From contig JAGVWE010000004.1 in the NCBI GenBank assembly GCA_018304425.1, positions 123,181 through 187,180 on the forward strand: a stretch of DNA of 64,000 nt, written 5' to 3'. Origin of the DNA: Candidatus Iainarchaeum sp. Lineage in GTDB: Archaea > Iainarchaeota > Iainarchaeia > Iainarchaeales > UBA10219. Position numbers and translations under genes: made by a program. The notes beneath the pieces are model-generated. The model had not been told where the DNA came from. It saw only the letters and a program-made list of their open reading frames with translations, and ran no database searches. Positions 12,278 to 21,436 of the stretch are shown one piece after another; position 1 is the first letter of the stretch; every line of letters starts with the position of its first letter.

Positions 12278-13702
12278 CTAATTCAGGTTCAGCCCCAACA
12301 GCTTGAGTTCCGTCATCTCTTCCATGGCGTACTTGACGCCCTCGCGGCCGAAACCGCTGTCCTTGACCCCGCCATAGGGCATGTTGTCGACGCGGAAGCT
12401 TGACACTTCGTTGACTATCAAGCCGCCCACTTCGAGTTCTTCGAACGCCCGCCAAATCTTTTTCAAGTCGTTCGAAAACAGGCCGGCCTGCAAGCCGAAC
12501 CGCGAGCGGTTGACTTCCTTGAGCGCCCAGTCGAAGTCCTTGTAGGGGATGCAAATCACGAGGGGGCCGAAGGCCTCCATGCAGCCCAACCTGCACTTCT
12601 TTGGCACGCCGGTGAGCACGGTGGCCTCGAAAAAGCTTTCCCTCCGCTTGCCACCGCACAGGACTTTGGCGCCGCCAACCCGGGCTTCTTCCACCCATTC
12701 CTGCACGCGCTTCGCGTTCTCCTCGTCAATCATGCAACCCAACTGCGTGTCCGGCTTCAAGGGCTCGCCGACCTTCAACTCCCGTGCCTGCTTGACGAAC
12801 GGTTTCATGAACGCATCCCACACCCGTTCATGGACGAACAACCGCTGGATGGACACACAGCTCTGCCCGCTATAGTAGAACGCGCCCGTCACGCACTTCT
12901 TGACCGCAGCTTCCAGGTCCGCGTCCGGCTCCACGATGACGGCCGCGTCCCCGCCCAACTCCAATGCAACCTTTTTCTTGCCCGCGCGCTGCTTGATTTC
13001 CCATCCAACGACGTCACTGCCCGTGAAGCTCACCATCTTCACGCGCGGGTCCTCGACGAGCGGCCCAGCCAACTTGGACGAGCAGGGCACGACGTTGAAC
13101 GCCCCCGTCGGTACCCCAGCCGCTTCCACGACTTCCGCCAGCTTCAAGGCGCTCAACGGCGTCTTGCTGGCCGGCTTCAACACCAGGGTGTTCCCGGACG
13201 CGAGCACCGGGGCAACCTTGTGGGCCACCAGGTTCAAGGGAAAGTTGAAGGGCGTTATCCCGGCAACCACTCCAATCGGAAAACGCTTGGCGATGCCCAC
13301 CCGCTTGCCGGCTGCTTTCGTGACGTCCAAGGGCACGAGTTCCCCGGACAACCGGTGGGCTTCCTCGGCCGCGAACTGGAACGTGGAGATGGCGCGCTCG
13401 ACCTCGATGTCCGCGTACACCCAGGGCTTGCCGGCTTCGAGGCAAAGCGTCTTCGTCAATTCCTCGCGGCGTTCAACCAGGCCGTCCGCGATTTTCTTGC
13501 ACCACTCAGCCCGCTCCCAGGCCAGGCTCTTCCGCGTCACCTGGAAGGCTTTGTCCGCAGCCGCCAACGCGTCCTGGATGTCCTTTTCCTGGGCCAAGTG
13601 CACGCGCGCGAACGCCTTGCCGTCAAACGGGTAAACCACGTCCAAGAACTTGCCCGACTCCCGCCACTGGCCGCCGACGAAGAACTTATAGGTCTTAACC
13701 AT
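12278..13702 (-). CDS. NAD(P)-dependent aldehyde dehydrogenase (GapN/lactaldehyde dehydrogenase-like)
   Basis: ITPFNFP, FTGS, LELGG, GQSCVS, EAFGP, PYGGVKDSGFGREG. Confidence 0.93.
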   Translation of the reverse strand: MVKTYKFFVGGQWRESGKFLDVVYPFDGKAFARVHLAQEKDIQDALAAADKAFQVTRKSLAWERAEWCKKIADGLVERREELTKTLCLEAGKPWVYADIEVERAISTFQFAAEEAHRLSGELVPLDVTKAAGKRVGIAKRFPIGVVAGITPFNFPLNLVAHKVAPVLASGNTLVLKPASKTPLSALKLAEVVEAAGVPTGAFNVVPCSSKLAGPLVEDPRVKMVSFTGSDVVGWEIKQRAGKKKVALELGGDAAVIVEPDADLEAAVKKCVTGAFYYSGQSCVSIQRLFVHERVWDAFMKPFVKQARELKVGEPLKPDTQLGCMIDEENAKRVQEWVEEARVGGAKVLCGGKRRESFFEATVLTGVPKKCRLGCMEAFGPLVICIPYKDFDWALKEVNRSRFGLQAGLFSNDLKKIWRAFEELEVGGLIVNEVSSFRVDNMPYGGVKDSGFGREGVKYAMEEMTELKLLGLNLN

Positions 13703-13755
13703 GCAGGTCTCCCCTATCTACTTGCAGGCTATATCTTCTTATTTATTGGCGAAAA

Positions 13756-14148
13756 CTAGAACGTCTGGCTTCCCGCCAAGTCAACGAATTCGAGTTTGAT
13801 TTCCAGGCCGCCCGCGGCCGTGCCCTTGACGAGGGTGCCGTTGAAGGAGTTCATGCCCTGCTTGCAGAGGATGTGCAGGTCGCCTTGGAGGCCTTGTTTG
13901 GTGCGGACAAACCTTCCCGAGGCCGCGGCAAGGGGAACGTCCTTGATTTCTTTGACCACGTACTTGCCTTGGCTGAACCCGTTCATCACGCCTTCCCGCA
14001 CGTTGCCCGCACAACTCACAATCTTTCCCTCGCCGATGCGCGCGTCGGTCATGGCTTTTTCCAGGCAGGCCAGGATGTTGTCGGCCTCGTCCAATTGGAG
14101 GGTTAAACACCGCTTTTGGCCGCCCTTGAAGTAACAGGATGCTGGCAT
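13756..14148 (-). CDS. PPC (DUF296) domain protein, degenerate His motifs
   Basis: LQLDEADNIL..SCAGNV..ASGRF..DLHIL..GTL pattern. Confidence 0.6.
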   Translation of the reverse strand: MPASCYFKGGQKRCLTLQLDEADNILACLEKAMTDARIGEGKIVSCAGNVREGVMNGFSQGKYVVKEIKDVPLAAASGRFVRTKQGLQGDLHILCKQGMNSFNGTLVKGTAAGGLEIKLEFVDLAGSQTF

Positions 14149-14220
14149 TCATACAGCCAACGCCTTCCCGGTTATTGAGCCTTGACTGTTCGGAAACCTA
14201 AACGGAAACCAGGCAAAAAT

Positions 14221-14258
14221 AAAAGAAAAAAAGGAGGAAGGGGCGAAAAGCCCCCTTC
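14221..14258 (-). terminator. Hairpin plus U-tract after the Cys-rich gene
   Basis: gaaggggc/gcccccttc stem at 14237-14258, followed on the minus strand by a T-rich run. Confidence 0.55.
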
Positions 14259-14262
14259 GTCC

Positions 14263-15879
14263 TCACGCAGCGGTGTCGACGCAGACCTTCGCGAAGAGGT
14301 CGGCGCCCCCGCCCTGCCAACTCCCGTTCGCGCAGACCTCGGCCTTCCGGCTCTCGTCATAGCACCGGAATTCTCCTTCCTTGCACTCCTTCTCGCCCGT
14401 GAAGGCGCTCACCACGGCCTGGACGATGTTGCGCCTCCCGCACCCCATCTCAAACTCTTTGGGGTCCTGGCTGCGCACCATCTCCCCGGCGCGGCAGTAG
14501 ACCACGGTCCGCTCCTCGGGGTAGCACTTGTACCAGCCTTCCCGGCACGGTTCCCCGAATTTTTCGACGGGCCTCGTGGGCTCCATGGGTTTCATGGGCT
14601 CGGTTCGGGGCATGGGGGTGCCCTTGCCTTCCCCGCCGCTCGACGTTCCAGCCGTCGTTGGCTGGACCGGCATGGGCCTGGGCGGCACCTTTACGCCGGA
14701 GCAGTAGGGGGGCTGCTCGAACACCGGGTTCCAGTTGCCGCCGCTGCAGACCATGACCTTCACGGCGCCGTCATCGCATTCGCCGCGCGTGGGCGGCACG
14801 TAGCCTCTGCACTCCCGAACGCAGTACTCGAGTTTCTCCGGGTATTTGCCGTACTCGCGCCTGCACTTGTCCTTGCAGTCATCGGGCGGCAGCTCGATCG
14901 GTGTTTGTCTCGCCCACTGGCACTGGTTCTTCACGCAGCCGCAGCCCAGGCCGTAGTTGCCCGCGTTGTAGCATTGCCTGGCTTCGCAGGTCGTGGCCCT
15001 GCTTTCTTCTGACCGGCTCTGGCACAACTGGCCCGAGCAGCCTCCGCTCGTGCAGTCCGCGTCGGTCTCGCACTTGCCATAGGTCGAGGAACCGCAGAAC
15101 GCGTCGTTGTCCCCGTCGTCTCGGGCTTCGCATTCCTCGCGGAGGCAGCGCGCGAAAACCGCTTCGTTGATGCCGACGGTTTTCGCATTGGCGACCGTGG
15201 CCGAAACGGTTATCCAGGCCTTTTGCCTGCACCGTTCCTCGCACGAGCTGCCCGTGTCACTGCGCGTCTCACAGCGTTTCCTGTAACAGTCCTGATAGCC
15301 ATTGGGGCCCTCGCTGAGGTAGCACTGGTCCTTGCACGAAATCTCTTGGCCCTCGCACTTGGCTTGTATGCAGAGCCGCGCCTGGTATTCGTCTTTGAAC
15401 TCGCGCTCACAGTAGCCAGCACAACTCTCTATGGGCGCCGGGTCGACGCGTGGCGCGCAGTATTTCGCGTAGTAGTCGGAGGCCGTGTCATACTTCTGGT
15501 ACTCGCCGTTCTGGCACACCGTGACACTGTACTGGTCGCACGTGTATGTGCCTTCCCTGCACGTTACCCGGCGCGTCTGACAATACTTTATGTAGTAATC
15601 AGAGTCGGTGCCGAATTTCTGGTATTCGCCGTTCAGGCAGACCGTGACACTGTACTGGTCGCACGTGTATGTGCCTTCCCCGCACGTTGTCTGTGCACCA
15701 CAATATTTTCTGTAATAGTCTGATGCCGTGTCATACTTCACGTACTCGCCGTTCTGGCAGACCGCTACGCTGCCCTCGTAACAATTGTAGCTGCCTTCCG
15801 CACAGCGCGTGCCTACATCTTGTGCCGTAACGGTTCCTGCAAGCAGCAACAGGAAACCAACCAGCAAAACTCCCTTCAT
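14263..15879 (-). CDS. Secreted Cys-rich repeat protein with an eight-cysteine-cluster domain
   Basis: Signal peptide MKGVLLVGFLLLLAGTVTA; repeats CxEGxYxC..VCxNGEY..DYYxKYC; FCGSSTYGKCETDADCTSGGCSGQLC...CGCVKNQCQW. Confidence 0.85.
   Translation of the reverse strand: MKGVLLVGFLLLLAGTVTAQDVGTRCAEGSYNCYEGSVAVCQNGEYVKYDTASDYYRKYCGAQTTCGEGTYTCDQYSVTVCLNGEYQKFGTDSDYYIKYCQTRRVTCREGTYTCDQYSVTVCQNGEYQKYDTASDYYAKYCAPRVDPAPIESCAGYCEREFKDEYQARLCIQAKCEGQEISCKDQCYLSEGPNGYQDCYRKRCETRSDTGSSCEERCRQKAWITVSATVANAKTVGINEAVFARCLREECEARDDGDNDAFCGSSTYGKCETDADCTSGGCSGQLCQSRSEESRATTCEARQCYNAGNYGLGCGCVKNQCQWARQTPIELPPDDCKDKCRREYGKYPEKLEYCVRECRGYVPPTRGECDDGAVKVMVCSGGNWNPVFEQPPYCSGVKVPPRPMPVQPTTAGTSSGGEGKGTPMPRTEPMKPMEPTRPVEKFGEPCREGWYKCYPEERTVVYCRAGEMVRSQDPKEFEMGCGRRNIVQAVVSAFTGEKECKEGEFRCYDESRKAEVCANGSWQGGGADLFAKVCVDTAA
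15456..15810 (-). repeat. Three tandem ~117-120 bp coding repeats
   Basis: accgtgacactgtactggtcgcacgtgtatgtgccttccc occurs twice; three ~39-aa units. Confidence 0.85.
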
Positions 15880-15955
15880 TTCCCCGCCTCCCTGGCTAAA
15901 AGCCGTTTTAACCAGCGCCAATGTTTTTTTAAACCCGTTTTCGCACCGTTTCCGT

Positions 15956-16408
15956 ATGCCTGCCAAAAGGGCCGCGGAGGAAGAGGCTTTCTGTGAAAGC
16001 CTTGCCTCCAAACCCGGGTGGAAGAAGGACTGGGCGGGAAACCTTTTCGTCGTCCACGAGCACCATGCTTCGCGCCTGCACTGGGACTTTCGCCTGGAAC
16101 TCGGCGGCGTCTTGAAGTCCTGGGCCGTGCCCAAGGAGCCCTCCACCGACCCCGCAACCAAGCGCCTGGCGGTTGAAACCGAGGACCACCCGCTGGCCTA
16201 CGCGCGCTTCGAGGGCAACATCCCGGAAGGCAACTACGGTGCCGGCAACGTGAAAATCTGGGACACCGGCAGCTTTGAATTGGCCGAGCGCTCGGACAAA
16301 AAAATTGCGGTTGACTTGAAAGGCAAAAAACTGAAAGGCAAGTTTTTCCTCGTGAAATTCGACCGCGCGGGGCCCAAGAACTGGCTGTTCTTCAAGGGAA
16401 AAGAGTGA
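15956..16408 (+). CDS. Stand-alone LigD 3'-phosphoesterase domain protein
   Basis: FVVHEHHASRLHWDFRLE, LKSWAVPKEP, RLAVETEDHPLAY, YGAGNVKIWDTG. Confidence 0.9.
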   Translation: MPAKRAAEEEAFCESLASKPGWKKDWAGNLFVVHEHHASRLHWDFRLELGGVLKSWAVPKEPSTDPATKRLAVETEDHPLAYARFEGNIPEGNYGAGNVKIWDTGSFELAERSDKKIAVDLKGKKLKGKFFLVKFDRAGPKNWLFFKGKE

Positions 16409-16413
16409 GCCCC

Positions 16414-16752
16414 TTATCCAATGATTAGCTCGATTTTTTTCTTGGACTCCGGCACCAGCCTTACTTTTGAGCCTTGTTTGAGTTCACAGTATTCTGCAAG
16501 GTCTTTGGGAAGGGTTATTGCAAGCGACCGCCCGGCTGAAATTACGGGTCGGCGAAACGAAAATTTTTGGTTTATCAAGTCGCTCAACTCCTGCATTTGC
16601 TTGCCCGTAGCAAATTCTTCTCCGCATTTGCGGCACTTATAGTAGGGGGATCCCTTTATCGTTATTTTTTCATCCGCCAGTTTCAGGTCTCTAACCCGAA
16701 GCTTGGCCATGCCCCCACACAAGTGGCAAGTTATTTTACTGTTTTCCGCCAT
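16414..16752 (-). CDS. Putative antitoxin: YgiT-type Zn finger fused to an AbrB/MazE domain
   Basis: CHLC...CRKCGEEF, then AGRSLAITLPKDLAEYCELKQGSKV. Confidence 0.75.
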   Translation of the reverse strand: MAENSKITCHLCGGMAKLRVRDLKLADEKITIKGSPYYKCRKCGEEFATGKQMQELSDLINQKFSFRRPVISAGRSLAITLPKDLAEYCELKQGSKVRLVPESKKKIELIIG

Positions 16753-17003
16753 TTATTCACCTCGTTCTCATTTGATTCCCACAGGGTAAGTACATGGACA
16801 AGATTTTTTCTTTCAACCTTTACAACCGTCAGAAAACAATTCAGCACTTTGAATATTGTTTTGAATTTGTCTTTTCCGGGTTCCCGCAATCGCACCTTTT
16901 GTCTGACTACTTCCATTTCAATGTCGCCATAGTTTATACCATATTTGGCTGCCTTCTCCGCGAATCTGAGCTGTGCATGGGCCGTCCAGCACACCGTTTG
17001 CAT
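16731..17003 (-). CDS. Putative toxin, DUF4258/RelE-like
   Basis: WTAHAQLRF start, VHVLTLW end; overlaps the antitoxin; low GC. Confidence 0.6.
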   Translation of the reverse strand: MQTVCWTAHAQLRFAEKAAKYGINYGDIEMEVVRQKVRLREPGKDKFKTIFKVLNCFLTVVKVERKNLVHVLTLWESNENEVNKWRKTVK

Positions 17004-17068
17004 ACTAATCTATTGGCTGGCCAAGTATATAATCATTACCTTTCACTAATCAGGTAAGTCCGGAAAAA

Positions 17069-17110
17069 GCCGGGCCCAGGCACTGGCTGTTTTTCAAGGG
17101 AAAGGAATAG
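17069..17110 (+). repeat. Diverged duplicate of the LigD-PE gene 3' end (16367-16408)
   Basis: 34/42 nt identical; AGPRHWLFFKGKE* vs AGPKNWLFFKGKE*. Confidence 0.85.
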
Positions 17111-17155
17111 TCGTCCTTGGCAATTACGTTTATATAGTGGTTCAGCAACCCTTGT

Positions 17156-18037
17156 TTGGGTGTCCCTCTGCCTTCGAGGAGAATTTCACGCGCGGAAAGA
17201 AGAAAGCTTAGCAAGGCAAGCCGCACGCGCCTTGCGCCTTATTATCGAGGCACTAGGAAACCTTTACCTCCAATGGTGGGAAAGCTTTACCGGCTGCTTT
17301 CTAGGATGTATGGGGTGCCTGTGCGGGAATTGACTCCCGCTTATAGAGGTCAAAACGCCAAGCACCCGATGGTCGTGGCCGAATATGATCCAAAAAGACA
17401 CGAGCTGCGCGGCGATATCGAACAGCCACATGTTTATGAGCATGAATTATTTCACAGCTTGCAATTCTTACTTTTGCCAAGCCACATGACGCTGGGTGCC
17501 GCCACCCCTTCACGCTTTCGGCTCTCCAAACTTCGCTCGTCCAAACAAGCAGAACACGAGAATCGATCTAGGGACGCACGAGCATTAGAATTCCAAGAAA
17601 TTGGTGCAAGTTCGCAGGACGCACCACTTAGTAGGGCAATGCCTTACCTTCCTATTCTGAGACCTAAAACTATGCTTGTTTCTGCCGCCTTGCCGCTCGT
17701 TTTTGCTTTTTTAGGGACCCCCGCCTGGGTCGCACTGTCTTCTCTAGCAGGCGGCGCTCTTGTTTCAACTGCGAGCCTTTACCGTCGCTTCAAATGGTTT
17801 AACCAGTATTTTGGACGTCATGGCCCTGAGTCCCTTTTATTGATATATGCCGACCCCCCAAAAAACGTAAGCCCGCGCCTCTTGCAGCTTAAGGAAGATG
17901 AATTCATTGCAAGAGGCTTCTTGAGTTCCAATGGGGGCCTTACAAAGGCCGGCATGGGGCACATTCGCTTTCTCGTTCCGCGCACGGAGTTAATCCGTAG
18001 GTTAAAGGCCGCAAACCGAGCAATTTCAGGCAAGTAA
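17156..18037 (+). CDS. Hypothetical basic protein with HExxH motif and a hydrophobic segment
   Basis: YEHELFHSLQF; SAALPLVFAFLG..WVALSSLAGGALV; TATA-like tttatata at 17129-17136. Confidence 0.6.
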   Translation: MGVPLPSRRISRAERRKLSKASRTRLAPYYRGTRKPLPPMVGKLYRLLSRMYGVPVRELTPAYRGQNAKHPMVVAEYDPKRHELRGDIEQPHVYEHELFHSLQFLLLPSHMTLGAATPSRFRLSKLRSSKQAEHENRSRDARALEFQEIGASSQDAPLSRAMPYLPILRPKTMLVSAALPLVFAFLGTPAWVALSSLAGGALVSTASLYRRFKWFNQYFGRHGPESLLLIYADPPKNVSPRLLQLKEDEFIARGFLSSNGGLTKAGMGHIRFLVPRTELIRRLKAANRAISGK

Positions 18038-18051
18038 TGAATGCCGTCAAC

Positions 18052-18471
18052 TCAGCTGAACGACTTCCCGCACCCGCATCCGCCGTGCACGTTCGGGTTT
18101 TGCACGGCGAAACCGCTGCCTTGGAGGCTCTCCAGGTATTCGAGGACCGAGCCCTGCAGCATGGCCCAGCTCTCTTGGTCCACGCAGACCTTGGCCCCGT
18201 TCTTTTCAATGACCAAGTCGTTGGCTTCGGCTTTCTTCTCGAACCACAAGCCGTACGTGAACCCCGAGCAACCGCCCGGCATGATTTTCACGCGCAACAG
18301 CCAGCCCTCCTTGTCCTCCTTCTTGGCGAATTCCAGGATTTTTTTCGCGGCGTTGGAGGTTACTTCCAGCACGCCCTCGGCCTTGGTCTCGCTTTTCTCC
18401 GCGGCAGCGTTGCCGACGCTGGCACACGAGCTATCGATATGATGACCTGATGGCATTCCCATGTCGTTCAT
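18052..18471 (-). CDS. A-type Fe-S carrier (HesB/IscA/SufA/ErpA family)
   Basis: GGCSGFTY and CGCGKSF. Confidence 0.93.
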   Translation of the reverse strand: MNDMGMPSGHHIDSSCASVGNAAAEKSETKAEGVLEVTSNAAKKILEFAKKEDKEGWLLRVKIMPGGCSGFTYGLWFEKKAEANDLVIEKNGAKVCVDQESWAMLQGSVLEYLESLQGSGFAVQNPNVHGGCGCGKSFS

Positions 18472-18525
18472 CCTCCCCAGGATTGGTTACACACTTCATG
18501 CAGCCAATCCTTTAAAACCCTTGTC

Positions 18526-19116
18526 CTAGGCTCCCGGCAGCAACCCGCTGCCGAGGGTCAGGGCCGCCACGCAGTTCCCCATCAGGGGAAGGCCGGGCAG
18601 CATGGCCTCGATTTGTTGACGGGCCGCCTCGTCAAAGTCGCCTTCCAGGACCCGGGCCTTTCCCGTCTGCAGGTTGGCTTCCACGACCACTTTCTGGCCT
18701 TGCACTTGTTGTAAGAGTTCGGGGTAGGGGCAGGAGGGGCTGAGCCGCACTTCGTACTCGATGCGGTAAACGCTTTCGGCTTGCCGCGTAGTGCGGTCAT
18801 CTACTCGTGGGTCACAGGCCTTGGATGCGGCCACGATGGCCTGGGCCTTCGCGGGATCGGTTTCGAGTTTCACGTCCTTGACGAAGCTCTTTGCCAGTTC
18901 CGCCACCCGCAAATACTCTTCCTCGGAACAGTTGCGGGTCTTGTCGAACGCGTTCGCTAACGTCGCCAGCGCCTCGCCTTCCACGGTCTGCTGCCGGGCC
19001 AGCGCCTCGGCCTTGGCTTCCGGGGTTTTCGGCTTGGGTTTGAGGAAGTCAAGTGCCTCCGTGCAGCCCGCCAACAACACGACCACTAATACCAGTGCAA
19101 CGCCCCCCGCCTTCAT
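18526..19116 (-). CDS. Putative lipoprotein
   Basis: MKAGGVALVLVVVLLAGC lipobox; ATGA overlap with the Rieske gene. Confidence 0.7.
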   Translation of the reverse strand: MKAGGVALVLVVVLLAGCTEALDFLKPKPKTPEAKAEALARQQTVEGEALATLANAFDKTRNCSEEEYLRVAELAKSFVKDVKLETDPAKAQAIVAASKACDPRVDDRTTRQAESVYRIEYEVRLSPSCPYPELLQQVQGQKVVVEANLQTGKARVLEGDFDEAARQQIEAMLPGLPLMGNCVAALTLGSGLLPGA

Positions 19117-19415
19117 GCTTCCACCCATACCTTGTCGCCCTCGACTTTCACGTTGTACTTGGGCACGCTCACGCTCTTCACCACGGCCGAAACCCCCGTG
19201 GTCACGTCGAACTTCCAGCCATGCCAGGGGCAGGTGACCACGCAACCGTCCAGCACGCCGTCTCCGAGCGGTCCGCCCTTGTGGGGGCAGGTATTGGCAA
19301 TCGCGTGGTATTGTCCGTCCACCAAAAAGACGGCCACATCCTCGCCGTTGACGCTCACGACCTTGGCCGCGCCTTCCCTGATTTCGTCCACGCGGGCCAC
19401 TTCCTGCCATGCCAT
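19113..19415 (-). CDS. Rieske [2Fe-2S] ferredoxin
   Basis: CPHKGGPL and CPWHGWKFD. Confidence 0.93.
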   Translation of the reverse strand: MAWQEVARVDEIREGAAKVVSVNGEDVAVFLVDGQYHAIANTCPHKGGPLGDGVLDGCVVTCPWHGWKFDVTTGVSAVVKSVSVPKYNVKVEGDKVWVEA

Positions 19416-19451
19416 GTCATCCCCCCAAGCTTTTGCCTGCATACCCTTTTC

Positions 19452-19757
19452 TTACGCAATTATTTTAATTGCCTTCTTCTCGGGCACCAGGGTTACTCTC
19501 CCGTCCTTTTTGAGGCCATACTCCTGGGCAAGCGCCTTGGGGATGCGCAGGGCCAGGCTTTCCCCCCACTGGCTGATTTTCGCCGTGTAGCGCTTCATTT
19601 CCCGGTATTCCTTGGCGACCGCGTGCAGTTGGCTCATGTTCACGATTTCCTCGCCACAGGAACCACACTTGAAGTAGGCATAGCCTATTCCTTCCGGGGT
19701 CTTGTCCCGCCCTTCCGCCATCTTCTTTCCGCATTGTGGGCAATTCATTTCCTTCAC
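19452..19757 (-). CDS. Putative antitoxin: Zn finger plus AbrB/MazE domain
   Basis: CPQC...CGSCGEE; KISQWGESLALRIPKALA. Confidence 0.78.
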   Translation of the reverse strand: MKEMNCPQCGKKMAEGRDKTPEGIGYAYFKCGSCGEEIVNMSQLHAVAKEYREMKRYTAKISQWGESLALRIPKALAQEYGLKKDGRVTLVPEKKAIKIIA

Positions 19758-19987
19758 CGCCTGTTTTTTTCGATTGTAACTATCCGAATGGTGTGGCCGA
19801 CGATTTCATCCACGCAGGACGCCGTGAACTCCCTGAAGCGCTTCACGAATTTCACGCGGTCCTTGCCGAAGCGCACCATGCGGCCGGTTTCGATGGTGGC
19901 CTCGATGAGGCCTGGATGTACTTGCCGCTGTAGCGCCCGCAGGAACGCGTGCCGTTTCAGGAGGACTTCATAGTTGCCCTTGCGCAA
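19754..19987 (-). CDS. Putative toxin, DUF4258/RelE-like
   Basis: LKRHAFLRALQR start, IRIVTI end; 4-nt overlap with the antitoxin. Confidence 0.6.
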   Translation of the reverse strand: MRKGNYEVLLKRHAFLRALQRQVHPGLIEATIETGRMVRFGKDRVKFVKRFREFTASCVDEIVGHTIRIVTIEKNRR

Positions 19988-20109
19988 GGCACCACACCCC
20001 TATTACACCATATGAGATATATAAAGATATCTTTTAATATCTATCCGTGCTGGCCATGTGGAACAGGCGCTTTACGGGTTTAAATTCCTTTTCCTGGCCA
20101 GGTATCCAT

Positions 20110-20787
20110 ATGGTGTCGGGGACCCAGAGAGCGCTGCTCCTCCTCAGCGGCGGCATCGACAGTCCGGTCGCGGGATGGCTGGCCCGGCAGCGCGGCGTCC
20201 ACGTGGACTGCATCCACTTCGCCAACGAGGTCTTCGCCGGCAACGAACCGGAATACAAGTCGCGTCTGCTCGCCAAAAAACTGGGCTTTGGGCAATTCTA
20301 TTTCGTGGACATCAGTTCCCTGCTCGCCAGGCTCGCCGGCCACGGCAACCGGAAATACTATTTCGTCTTGATGAAGCGCGCCATGATGAAAATCGCGGAA
20401 CAAGTCGCGTTGCGCCACGGCTACGACTTCCTGGTCACGGGGGAGAGCCTGGGCCAGGTCAGCAGCCAGACCCTGAAAAACCTGGCCGTCATCGACAAGT
20501 CCACGCGCATCAAAATCGTGCGGCCGCTGCTCTGCCTCGACAAGGTGGAAATCATTCATTTGGCGGAAAAAATCGGTTCCTTCGACTTGTCCAAGGGAAA
20601 AGAGCACTGTGACGCGCTGGCCACGGGCAAGCCGTCCACGCAGGCCGATGAAGACCTGGTCCTCCAAGACGAGGCCCTGGTCCAACTGGACAAGCTCGTG
20701 GCTGAGGCCGTGCAACAAGTCGTGCAAGAACCCGTGGCCTCGATGAAGGAACCGGAAGCCCCCAGGCACTTGAAGGGCGTGTGCTAA
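20110..20787 (+). CDS. ThiI-like PP-loop sulfurtransferase catalytic domain without THUMP
   Basis: LLSGGIDSPVA, TGESLGQVSSQTL, RPLLCLDK. Confidence 0.8.
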   Translation: MVSGTQRALLLLSGGIDSPVAGWLARQRGVHVDCIHFANEVFAGNEPEYKSRLLAKKLGFGQFYFVDISSLLARLAGHGNRKYYFVLMKRAMMKIAEQVALRHGYDFLVTGESLGQVSSQTLKNLAVIDKSTRIKIVRPLLCLDKVEIIHLAEKIGSFDLSKGKEHCDALATGKPSTQADEDLVLQDEALVQLDKLVAEAVQQVVQEPVASMKEPEAPRHLKGVC

Positions 20788-20797
20788 ACTGGAACGG

Positions 20798-21370
20798 GTG
20801 GCCCCTCGCCTCTTGGCTGAGACGGTAAAGGAAAATGGAGCCAAACCGGTCGGCTCCCGCTTGGCTCGGATGAGGAACGTCGACCATCGGCTGGAAAAAA
20901 AATCGATTCCCCCCTATCCTGAGACCGGATGGAGATACTATCGCGTCCGGGAGATGGACGTCTCGCGCAATCATCCTGGGCTGAGGGTGGTCATCAAGCG
21001 ACACCATGGGGGCGGGACCACAAGCGCCGAATTGATTCGGGTCGTCCAGAGGGATGTCCGCTGGCACAACAGGGTATTCCGGCACGAGACCAGTTACAAG
21101 GTTCTGATGCCCTATGCCCATGCGATCCACGACAAGCTCATCGCGATGGCCTGGCTCGGCGCACCGACTTGCAACGAAGTCATTGATCGCCAGACGAAAA
21201 GGGGGACGGCGGTGTTCGCCAAACTCATGCGGAAGGGCGTGACCCGGGAGCGGTTGGAAGAGATCGCCATGTTGGCCGCCGACCGGTTGCGGACCGACAC
21301 CGAGAATCTGATGCTCGTCGACTACGCCCGCGGGAAATTCGTGTTCATGCCCCTCATCGATTATGGATGA
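20798..21370 (+). CDS. Hypothetical basic protein
   Basis: 190-aa ORF; possible kinase-like remnant (VVIK..ENLML..ID) is weak. Confidence 0.5.
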   Translation: MAPRLLAETVKENGAKPVGSRLARMRNVDHRLEKKSIPPYPETGWRYYRVREMDVSRNHPGLRVVIKRHHGGGTTSAELIRVVQRDVRWHNRVFRHETSYKVLMPYAHAIHDKLIAMAWLGAPTCNEVIDRQTKRGTAVFAKLMRKGVTRERLEEIAMLAADRLRTDTENLMLVDYARGKFVFMPLIDYG

Positions 21371-21436
21371 GAGGAACGTGCGCCTGGTTGTCGGATTTCC
21401 TGCTGAAATAGAAGCGGCTGGACACGTGCCTGGGGC

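Noticed and set aside
15880-16161. 94-aa N-terminal extension of the Cys-rich ORF
   Set aside because: Overlaps the LigD-PE gene; the signal peptide starts at 15879
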